This document shows positions 1-6,218 of a stretch of DNA of 10,534 nucleotides, one piece after another. A program made the translations under genes and the position numbers. Within the stretch, counting starts at the first letter, position 1, and each line of letters starts with the position of its first letter. Source of the DNA: an uncultured Bacilli bacterium (GTDB taxonomy: Bacteria; Bacillota_I; Bacilli_A; RF39; UBA660); contig CAJUCU010000011.1 in NCBI GenBank assembly GCA_910585335.1, positions 18,389-28,922 of the forward strand. Direction: 5' to 3'. The notes under the pieces were generated by a model. The model worked only from the letters and a program-made list of their open reading frames with translations, was not told the origin of the DNA and did not search any database.

Positions 1-130
1 TTTTACCATCTTCATTTGTTTTTGTCTCTTTTATTATATTTCCATTTTTTAGTATTTGTACAGTTGCATTTTTAACAGGATTTGCAATGGTATCACTATA
101 GACATTTACAATTAAATAACCTTTTGCCAT
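1..130 (-). CDS. Partial CDS (first 43 codons; continues past the window start). The N-terminus resembles a carboxypeptidase-regulatory-like beta-sandwich, so it is probably a cell-wall or spore-cortex associated protein.
   Basis: Not in the supplied ORF track because it runs off the edge. The reverse complement of 1-130 reads MAKGYLIVNVYSDTIANPVKNATVQILKNGNIIKETKTNEDGK with no stop. The ATG (130-128) is preceded by GAGGTG (revcomp of 135-140) with a 4-nt AAAT gap. The alternating beta-strand pattern, the P-V-x-N-A-x-V-x-I stretch and the later T-N-E-D-G-K resemble the start of CarboxypepD_reg-like domains. The family call rests on pattern memory only. Confidence 0.45.
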   Translation of the reverse strand, partial: MAKGYLIVNVYSDTIANPVKNATVQILKNGNIIKETKTNEDGK

Positions 131-198
131 ATTTCACCTCATTCTATTATACATAATATATTATCAATAAATGAATATAATTTATCGAGGTGATGAGA

Positions 199-1338
199 AT
201 GGAGATGAATAATTTACAATTAGGGGATACTGGTGATTCTGTTAAAATCTTGCAAGAAAAATTAAAGATTTTGGGATTTTATAATGCTTTAATTACTGGT
301 ATTTTTGGTGTATCAACAGAGGTGGGGGTTCGTACTTTTCAAAGAGAGTTTGATTTAGATGTGACTGGGATAGTGACAGCGGAGATGTGGGAGATTTTAT
401 ATGCACTGACTGCTGTTGCCACCCCTGCTACTTCTAATAAGGTTTTACGCTTAGGGGATAGTGGTAGTGAAGTCAGGGAACTTCAATTAAAGTTACGAGC
501 ACTTCTTTATTATACTGGACCTATTACTAGTAAATTTGATTTGGAAACAGAAAATGCTGTGAAGAGACTTCAATTTAATAATGATATTACAACTAATGGA
601 ATTGTCGATAGTGCTACTTGGATTTTAATTGAAGTTTTATATGGTAGACTGAATCAATGTGTACTAGATCAAATTGACGATGATGGTTCGAGTGAAGATG
701 AACCATATAAGGTTTATGTCGTAAAAGCGGGAGATACATTATATGCGATTGCTAGTCGTTATGGTACTACTGTGGATGCTATAAAGAGACTTAATCATTT
801 GACTAGTAATACCTTAAGTATCGGGCAGGAGTTGAAGCTTCCAATTAGTGATGGTAATAATGATACTGGTTCAGATTCTACTTTGCGCTATATTGTAAAA
901 CCAGGGGATACTTTGTATGCAATTGCTAGTCGATATGATACTACAGTAGATGAGATAAAGCGGCTTAATAATCTAAGTAGTAATGTTTTAACAGTTGGGC
1001 AGGTTTTAAATATTCCAACTGCTAATCAGGGGGGAGCTAATATACTTTATACAGTACAAAGAGGAGATACACTATTTTCTATTGCTAGTCGTTATGGTAC
1101 TACTGTAGATGAAATAAAACGACTTAACAATTTAACAAGTAATGTCTTAAGTATTGGACAGACATTGAGGATTCCATCTACTAATAGTAGTTATATTACT
1201 TATACAGTACAAAGAGGAGATACACTATTTTCTATTGCTAGTCGCTATGGTACTACTGTAGATGCTATAAAGAGACTCAATAATTTAACAAGTAATGTTT
1301 TAAGTATTGGGCAAGTGTTAAAAATTACTTTTTCTTAA
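199..1338 (+). CDS. Peptidoglycan-binding protein with two PG_binding_1 domains and four LysM modules. It has no catalytic domain and no signal peptide.
   Basis: The ORF is open from 190 (GTG). That GTG and the ATG at 193 lie inside or abut the GAGGTG Shine-Dalgarno (187-192). The ATG at 199 sits 8 nt after GAGG and is the likely start. LGDTGDSVKILQEKLKILGFY...FGVSTEVGVRTFQREFDLDVTGIV and LGDSGSEVRELQLKLRALLYY...FDLETENAVKRLQFNNDITTNGIV are classic PG_binding_1 repeats. Four copies of Y-x-V-x-x-GDTL-[YF]-[AS]-IASRY-x-TTVD-x-IKRLN-x-L-[TS]-SN-x-L-x-[IV]-GQ-x-L are LysM. An acidic linker (DQIDDDGSSEDEP) separates the two blocks. The N-terminus runs straight into domain 1 with no hydrophobic leader. 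Confidence 0.88.
   Translation: MEMNNLQLGDTGDSVKILQEKLKILGFYNALITGIFGVSTEVGVRTFQREFDLDVTGIVTAEMWEILYALTAVATPATSNKVLRLGDSGSEVRELQLKLRALLYYTGPITSKFDLETENAVKRLQFNNDITTNGIVDSATWILIEVLYGRLNQCVLDQIDDDGSSEDEPYKVYVVKAGDTLYAIASRYGTTVDAIKRLNHLTSNTLSIGQELKLPISDGNNDTGSDSTLRYIVKPGDTLYAIASRYDTTVDEIKRLNNLSSNVLTVGQVLNIPTANQGGANILYTVQRGDTLFSIASRYGTTVDEIKRLNNLTSNVLSIGQTLRIPSTNSSYITYTVQRGDTLFSIASRYGTTVDAIKRLNNLTSNVLSIGQVLKITFS
712..1329 (+). repeat. Intragenic array of four LysM-encoding modules (about 712-843, 889-1017, 1048-1176, 1201-1329). Modules 3 and 4 are near-identical at the DNA level with a 153-nt period.
   Basis: Direct comparison: 1048-1111 and 1201-1264 (tatacagtacaaagaggagatacactattttctattgctagtcg[t/c]tatggtactactgtagatg) differ at one position in 64 nt. 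Modules 1 and 2 are clearly more diverged. Confidence 0.85.
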
Positions 1339-1343
1339 ATAAA

Positions 1344-1370
1344 AAGACTGGTTTGGTACCAGTCTTTATT
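1344..1370. terminator. Bidirectional rho-independent terminator between the convergent LysM gene and the activase gene.
   Basis: AAGACTGGT (1344-1352), loop TTGGT, ACCAGTCTT (1358-1366) form a perfect 9-bp stem. An A-run lies upstream (1341-1345) and TTTATT downstream, so a U-tract follows the hairpin on either strand. The activase stop codon (1366-1368) overlaps the stem edge. Confidence 0.7.
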
Positions 1371-2340
1371 GTCCTACTTTTTCTCTTTTTCTTATTTTTA
1401 TTGCGCCATTATCACATTTATTGCCCCATGAGTCGATTAATTCTTTATCTTTATAGACGCATATGATTTCACAGTTATTTGCACAACGCTTGCATTCTAT
1501 GCCTTTTGTTTCAAACTCAATATCCTCTATATCAAAACTAAAGTCTATTTCTTTGCCATCATTTCTTGCTAAAATTGCGACACCTAAAGCTCCCATTAAA
1601 TGAGAATTATCATCTACGATAATCTCTTCTCCAGTAGCATCTTCGAAAGCTTTAATAACACCAACATTTTTGGAAACGCCTCCTTGGAAAACGATAGGAG
1701 CATAAATTTTCTTTCCCTTTCCAACATTATTTAAGTAGTTTGTTACAACAGCTTTGCAAAGTCCTGCCACAATATCTTCTTTTTTGTGACCAATTTGTGC
1801 TTTATGAACTAAGTCACTTTCCGCGAAGACTGTACATCTAGCGGCGATGTTAGTTGGATTTTTACTTTTTAATGCTAGTGGTCCAAATTCTTCTACTTCT
1901 AAACCTAAACGTTTTGATTGGCTAGAAAGAAAAGATCCTGTTCCAGCAGCACATAAAGTATTCATTGCATAATCGACAACGATACCATCATCGATTAAAA
2001 TAATTTTAGAATCTTGTCCACCAATTTCAAAGATTGTTTTTACTTCTGGATATAGTGAAAGTGTTCCAATCGCATGGGCCGTAATTTCATTTTTAACGAC
2101 ATTAGCTCCTAGTAAAACACCAATTAGTTTTCTAGCAGAACCAGTGGTACCTACTGCAACTATTTTATATTTCTTAAGATTTACTTGCCCTTTTAAATCT
2201 GCAATTAATCTTTTTACGGCATCCATAGGATTTCCTTCTGTCCATAAGTACTTGCTCGCTAAAATGTTGTTTTCTTCATCTATAATGATTCCTTTTGTAG
2301 AAATAGAGCCTATGTCGACTCCAAGGTATGCCTTTTTCAT
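1366..2340 (-). CDS. BcrAD/BadFG-family ATPase: a 2-hydroxyacyl-CoA-dehydratase-activator-like (HgdC-like) [4Fe-4S] electron-transfer ATPase with a Cys-rich C-terminal extension.
   Basis: The sequence is colinear with HgdC-type activators. It has the phosphate-1 motif GVDIGSISTKG, then FEIGGQDSK, then the two bridging-cluster cysteines in LCAAGTGSF (C130) and ARCTVFAESD (C169), then FQGGVSKN and HLMGALGVA. About 60 extra C-terminal residues carry C-x2-C-x3-C-x3-C-x14-C. The start ATG overlaps the upstream stop as TAATG (2338-2342). Confidence 0.9.
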   Translation of the reverse strand: MKKAYLGVDIGSISTKGIIIDEENNILASKYLWTEGNPMDAVKRLIADLKGQVNLKKYKIVAVGTTGSARKLIGVLLGANVVKNEITAHAIGTLSLYPEVKTIFEIGGQDSKIILIDDGIVVDYAMNTLCAAGTGSFLSSQSKRLGLEVEEFGPLALKSKNPTNIAARCTVFAESDLVHKAQIGHKKEDIVAGLCKAVVTNYLNNVGKGKKIYAPIVFQGGVSKNVGVIKAFEDATGEEIIVDDNSHLMGALGVAILARNDGKEIDFSFDIEDIEFETKGIECKRCANNCEIICVYKDKELIDSWGNKCDNGAIKIRKREKVGQ

Positions 2341-3407
2341 TATTTTTTCTCCTTTCGCATCATAATCATATCGTAGAAAGCTTCTATTCTAGTATTAATT
2401 CCTACATCACTTGTCTGTGAATCAAAACTGAAGTAGATAATAGGAATTTTATAGTCTTCTGAAATTCTTTGTAATACAGGCATTGCATCAATTTCAGGAG
2501 TACAACCAAAACTTTTTAAGTGAATAATACCATCAAAATCTTCTTTAGCATAGTCAAGAGCGCTTTTAATTGTATACATTGAAGTTGCTCCCATATCATA
2601 TTTGGCATAGTTCTTGATACTTTTTTTGATTTCTTTTTCTGGAGCATTGAAGAAACTATTTGTAATATTCATCCATCGTTTGATTACGATTCCCTTTTTG
2701 GCTAGTTCTTTTTCCATATGATGATTACTATAGGGATCCATGATGGTGTAATACTCACCAATAAAACCTACTTGTAGAGGGTGTTCTGGTTTGTTGGTTT
2801 CTACCTTCTTCAACTTGGCCATATATCTTTTATAAATTTCATTTAACGCTTTTTTATTTTTAACGCTTTTTAACTCTGTTAGAAAATCTTTATGAATTAT
2901 ATCGAAGTCTCCATCATGTAGTTCAAAACCAACATTTTGGCGAATGTAATCTTCTACTTTATCAATTTTTTCTACTATTTTTACTACCAAAAGCAGTGTA
3001 GAGGTTACTTTCTTTAAATTTAGTTTCGGGTTTATTTTTTTAAATTCATTGTAAAAAGTTAATGGTTTAGCAAAGTCTGCTTCTGCCATATTGATGAAAT
3101 GCACATCATAGCCTAAGTCTTTTAGAATTTGTTCATGTAGTTCACCATAATAGCCTAATCTACAAGGTCCACCTACTTGAATTAAGGTATTTGCTCCTGC
3201 CTCGATTGCCTCTATATATCCTCCTAGTTGATATTTAAAAGGAGTGCAGACGAAATCAGGTGAATACTTGGTACCGATTTCTAGTGTTTTCTTTGTTGTA
3301 AGGGGAGCGTCGACATAATCACATTCTAGACCTTCTTTCATTAGGATTTCAATTGCGATATTGTAATTTCCGAATCTAGGAAAACTAATTTTGCAGTTCT
3401 TTTTCAT
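2340..3407 (-). CDS. Acyl-CoA-dehydratase-activase-related protein (HgdA/B-like, HGD-D/DUF2229-type subunit), paralogous to the upstream ORF.
   Basis: The ORF track starts at 3440. The ATG at 3407 (MKKNCKISFPRFGN...) follows AGGAGG with a 9-nt spacer and is the likely start. Conserved cysteines sit in DFVCTPFK, GGPCRLGYY and KSFGCTPE. The C-terminal DGIIHLKSFGCTPE...FDSQTSDVGINTRIEAFYDMI aligns by eye with the C-terminus of the 312-aa neighbour. Confidence 0.8.
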   Translation of the reverse strand: MKKNCKISFPRFGNYNIAIEILMKEGLECDYVDAPLTTKKTLEIGTKYSPDFVCTPFKYQLGGYIEAIEAGANTLIQVGGPCRLGYYGELHEQILKDLGYDVHFINMAEADFAKPLTFYNEFKKINPKLNLKKVTSTLLLVVKIVEKIDKVEDYIRQNVGFELHDGDFDIIHKDFLTELKSVKNKKALNEIYKRYMAKLKKVETNKPEHPLQVGFIGEYYTIMDPYSNHHMEKELAKKGIVIKRWMNITNSFFNAPEKEIKKSIKNYAKYDMGATSMYTIKSALDYAKEDFDGIIHLKSFGCTPEIDAMPVLQRISEDYKIPIIYFSFDSQTSDVGINTRIEAFYDMIMMRKEKK

Positions 3408-4323
3408 GTTCCCGTTCCTCCTTAATTCTGATAATATCAATAAAACTTTCTAGTCTTGTCTCCATTCCTGCCGTTCCCTCTTGAGCATCCAAAACTAAGG
3501 TGATGATTGGTTTATCTTTTAGGCGTCTTAAAATCATTTCATTTACGAGAGAGTCTGGACCACAAGGGAAAGCAGAGACTAAAATGATACCATCTACCTT
3601 GTCTTTATAAAGCGATATTGCACCTACTAGTTCTTTATTAAAAGTCCATGGTAGTGTTCTTGTTACCATACGCGATGCTTCTCTTGCTTTTTTTGTTTCT
3701 ACCACACAACCTAGAATTGGAACACAATCTAGTTCTTTTAGGGTATCTAGCACTGGTCTTCCAATATACTCATCATAAATATTATATGGATGAGAAATTA
3801 CTAGAATTTTTAGTTTATCACTTTCTAAATTTTTTCTTTGTTCATTTAATTCAATTAATGCAGTTGTTTTTTCTGCCTGTTTTGCTATATAGTAGGCTTT
3901 TAACACTTGGGCTTTGTTTTTCCCTAAGAATTTTCCCATTTTCAAGAAAGCTTTTAGCTCCGTGTCTTTATTTAAAATATCAATACTATAATATAAAAGT
4001 TTTAAATCTTTTTCTTTATAAGTGTTTTTAACTAAATCATAAATCGCTTGAAATCTAGAACATACAATATCTTTTGTACCACCGAGTGTTGCAATGCGGG
4101 GGACAAAAATATAGTCGCATTTATCTACTAGATAGTTTACATGTCCTAAATAAATTTTGTGAGGAAGACAAGCTTCATCAATCGCAAGGGATGTTCCCTC
4201 ACGCATTAGTTCTTTATTTGTTTTTGGACTTACTATATATTCAATTCCTAACTCTTCAAAAAATGTTTCCCATAATACATGATATTTGTAATAAAGAAAT
4301 GCTCTAGGAATCCCTATTTTCAT
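3385..4323 (-). CDS. Acyl-CoA-dehydratase-activase-related protein (DUF2229-type subunit); first gene of the three-gene operon.
   Basis: The N-terminus MKIGIPRAFLYYKYHVLWETFFEELGIEYIVSPKTNKELMREGTSLAIDEACLPHK matches the pattern I know from DUF2229 ('CoA enzyme activase uncharacterised domain'). Cysteines sit in EACLPHK, IVCSRFQ and SAFPCGPD. The C-terminus reads DGIILVSAFPCGPDS...LDAQEGTAGMETRLESFIDII. RBS: AGAGGTG, 6 nt, then ATG (4323). It overlaps the next gene by 23 nt. Confidence 0.8.
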   Translation of the reverse strand: MKIGIPRAFLYYKYHVLWETFFEELGIEYIVSPKTNKELMREGTSLAIDEACLPHKIYLGHVNYLVDKCDYIFVPRIATLGGTKDIVCSRFQAIYDLVKNTYKEKDLKLLYYSIDILNKDTELKAFLKMGKFLGKNKAQVLKAYYIAKQAEKTTALIELNEQRKNLESDKLKILVISHPYNIYDEYIGRPVLDTLKELDCVPILGCVVETKKAREASRMVTRTLPWTFNKELVGAISLYKDKVDGIILVSAFPCGPDSLVNEMILRRLKDKPIITLVLDAQEGTAGMETRLESFIDIIRIKEEREHEKELQN

Positions 4324-4349
4324 ATACTACACCTCTACTTCTCTAATAC

Positions 4350-4378
4350 ATTTTATCAAGAAATAAATTTCTTGTAAA
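4350..4378 (-). promoter_or_regulatory. Sigma-A-type promoter for the minus-strand activase operon.
   Basis: Read on the minus strand: TTTACA (4378-4373), a 17-nt spacer, TAAAAT (4355-4350). That is about 27 nt upstream of the ATG at 4323, leaving room for the AGAGGTG RBS. Motif-based only. Confidence 0.5.
4357..4374. promoter_or_regulatory. Perfect 18-bp palindrome CAAGAAAT-AA-ATTTCTTG; candidate operator.
   Basis: Arms 4357-4364 and 4367-4374 are exact reverse complements. The palindrome fills the spacer of the minus-strand promoter and overlaps a plus-strand TTGTAA hexamer (4372-4377). The palindrome itself is certain. The operator role is inferred. Confidence 0.45.
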
Positions 4379-4420
4379 TGCACTTTAGGTATGATACTCT
4401 TAGTAAAAGGAGAATGGTTT

Positions 4421-5311
4421 ATGTATTATATTGATTTAGGTTCTTCTACTATCAAAGTATATCGTTATGAAGATACTTTAGAATTGTTGGAAGAGCATTC
4501 TATCTATTTTAAAAATGGGTTTTCTAAAGAACATGGCATTAGTACTGAAAATTTGACGGAGCTTTGTTCTTATTTTTCTATTATTAAAGAGAAATATGCG
4601 CTTCGTTATGAAAATACTTTTATTTATGTTACAGGTATTTTCCGTAATTTATCTCTTTCTTTGAGGCAGGAGATGGTACGATTATTTAATGACAGGTTCG
4701 ATTTGTATTTTAATATTATTAGTCATGGTATTGAAAACTATTATTTGGCTAGTGCGATGAAGCATGACTATAATGGGAAGAAAATCTTAATTATCAATAT
4801 GGGTGGCAAGACGACAGAACTGGTTACTTTTCTAGATGGTGTTATTATAGATACTCATAATTTGAATGTAGGTGTTGCCGATTTATTAAATCAATTTACG
4901 AAGGTGAATGAGAGTATCAGTGGGGATAAAATAGAAGAGATGGAAGCATTTGTTTTAGAAAAGCTAGGGGATTTAAAGTTGGCGCAAGATTATGATGCTG
5001 CTATTTTCACTGGTGGGGAAGAACGATTTGAGCTTTTGACTGATTTTCATTTAGTAGAGAATACTTTATTTCAAGATGGTATACATCGTTATATGGTTTC
5101 TTTTGATGATTATATTTTGGGAACGGAAAAAGTATTTTATTCTATTACTATGGATGAACTATATCAATTGATGCCAGGAAATCCTAAATGGATGGATGGT
5201 GCTAGAAGTGGAGCTATAATACCTCTTGCTTTATTCCGTCTTGCTGGAATAAAGTGGATTATACCGTCAGATCTTAATTTAATTCATGGTGTTATTCGTG
5301 ATTTGTATTAA
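4421..5311 (+). CDS. ASKHA-superfamily protein, distant Ppx/GppA-like two-domain phosphatase/NTPase (296 aa).
   Basis: The ORF track starts at 4391. AAAGGAG (4407-4413) followed by 7 nt points to the ATG at 4421 (MYYIDLGSSTIKVY...). Three motifs appear in Ppx/GppA order: IDLGSSTIKVY (phosphate-1), YVTGIFRNLS...IISHGIENYYLA, and ILIINMGGKTTELV (phosphate-2; canonical D-x-GGGSTE). The length fits the two-domain core without the C-terminal domains of long Ppx enzymes. The motifs are noticeably degenerate. Confidence 0.6.
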   Translation: MYYIDLGSSTIKVYRYEDTLELLEEHSIYFKNGFSKEHGISTENLTELCSYFSIIKEKYALRYENTFIYVTGIFRNLSLSLRQEMVRLFNDRFDLYFNIISHGIENYYLASAMKHDYNGKKILIINMGGKTTELVTFLDGVIIDTHNLNVGVADLLNQFTKVNESISGDKIEEMEAFVLEKLGDLKLAQDYDAAIFTGGEERFELLTDFHLVENTLFQDGIHRYMVSFDDYILGTEKVFYSITMDELYQLMPGNPKWMDGARSGAIIPLALFRLAGIKWIIPSDLNLIHGVIRDLY

Positions 5312-5321
5312 AATTCTTTTG

Positions 5322-5350
5322 TTGTAGATTGAGAATGATTCTGTTATAAT
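5322..5350 (+). promoter_or_regulatory. Strong sigma-A-type promoter with an extended -10, driving the 260-aa orphan gene.
   Basis: TTGTAG (5322-5327), a 17-nt spacer, TGtTATAAT (5342-5350). It lies 33 nt upstream of the ATG at 5383. Confidence 0.55.
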
Positions 5351-5382
5351 ACATAGTATTTAAAAAGAACGGTGATGTAAAT

Positions 5383-6165
5383 ATGATTCAATTAGAAAAC
5401 TTAGGGAATTTTGAATTTGTTAATTGTTTTTTATCTATGCATTATATGACTTTTGGTTATACTGAAAAAGAAAGAGATAAGAGAGGGTATGAGCCTTGTA
5501 ATGTTTCTCAAAAATATTTAGCAGAACTTTTTCATTTGCCTACCGATTTTTTTCAGTTTCGTGCACCTATATTAGATCCTACTGATTCTAAAGAGGTAAA
5601 AGCAGTTTATGAACAATTTTTAGCGGAAGCTTTTAAAAGAGGGCTTTGTTTCGAGCGTCATATAGAAAAAAAGGATATTATCTATACAGAGGATTTTTCT
5701 GAGTGGCAAATTTATATGAAAAATCATCCTACCTATATTAGAGAGATTTCTGCGACTAATTTTTTTGGTGATAATGATATTTGTTATGTGGATCATGAAG
5801 TGATTGGTTTTGATTATCCAGTTCGCTCTTCTTGTAAGATTTTAAGTGAGAAGGGTTATCATACTTATTGGTCTTCGGCAAATTATGAAGATGCTAAAAG
5901 ACGATATGGTGAGGTTATGAAAGATCAAGCCGTTGCCTATATTCTCATTGATTCTAAAAACTTAACGGAATCCTTAAAGACAGAATTACTTTTAGATGGT
6001 AGTTGTGATTTTTGGGGAATTGCAACCGCTTATAGCGATTTTTCTAAATATTATGGTATTTGGTCTCCTATTACTTCTCTTGATATGAGATGTGAGGAAA
6101 TCAGTGGAATATTAGAGAAAAAAGCATTAGACTTACCTGTTTTAACAAAAAGCCTATCTTATTGA
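5383..6165 (+). CDS. Hypothetical cytoplasmic protein (260 aa); no family recognised.
   Basis: A long ORF bracketed by its own promoter and a strong terminator. It has a weak RBS (GGTGA, 7 nt, ATG). There is no hydrophobic segment and no signal peptide. It is rich in aromatics (F/Y/W), has 7 scattered Cys and no CxxC. I cannot match it to any domain from memory. Confidence 0.7.
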   Translation: MIQLENLGNFEFVNCFLSMHYMTFGYTEKERDKRGYEPCNVSQKYLAELFHLPTDFFQFRAPILDPTDSKEVKAVYEQFLAEAFKRGLCFERHIEKKDIIYTEDFSEWQIYMKNHPTYIREISATNFFGDNDICYVDHEVIGFDYPVRSSCKILSEKGYHTYWSSANYEDAKRRYGEVMKDQAVAYILIDSKNLTESLKTELLLDGSCDFWGIATAYSDFSKYYGIWSPITSLDMRCEEISGILEKKALDLPVLTKSLSY

Positions 6166-6182
6166 TGGTGATTATTTTAGGG

Positions 6183-6218
6183 GGAAATACTTTTACAAAG
6201 AAGTATTTCCTTTTTTTT
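6183..6218 (+). terminator. Rho-independent terminator of the orphan gene.
   Basis: GGAAATACTT (6183-6192), an 8-nt loop, AAGTATTTCC (6201-6210) form a perfect 10-bp stem followed by T8 (6211-6218). Confidence 0.8.

Noticed and set aside
152-160. CATAATATA matches the sigma-K-type -10 pattern CATAnnnTA upstream of the LysM gene. A similar CATATAGT (9439-9446) resembles a sigma-E -10 upstream of the lipoprotein gene.
   Set aside because: These are short degenerate motifs in about 80% AT intergenic DNA. The nearest upstream AC for a -35 is at the wrong spacing (about 14 nt). They are suggestive of mother-cell expression but not supportable without TSS data.
190-198. Longest-ORF starts in the track: 190 (GTG), 3440, 4391 and 7747.
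   Set aside because: In each case an internal ATG has a properly spaced Shine-Dalgarno (199, 3407, 4421, 7762). The extended N-termini (MMR, MILSELRRNGN, MILLVKGEWF, MRKRY) add no recognisable sequence. The upstream codons overlap the RBS itself or the preceding gene.
2144-2365. Supplied ORFs antisense to, or in alternative frames of, confident genes: 2144-2365(+), 3648-4031(+), 4074-4307(+), 6456-6647(+), 7800-7991(-), 8323-8577(-) and 9226-9453(+).
   Set aside because: All lie entirely inside, or largely overlap, much longer ORFs with clear family signatures. Their translations are low-complexity (L/F/I-rich or K/R runs) as expected from AT-rich shadow frames, and none has a convincing RBS.
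5332-5342. Small palindrome AGAAT-G-ATTCT inside the spacer of the orphan-gene promoter.
   Set aside because: With 5-bp arms it is too short to distinguish from chance. I kept it only as a note and not as an operator call.
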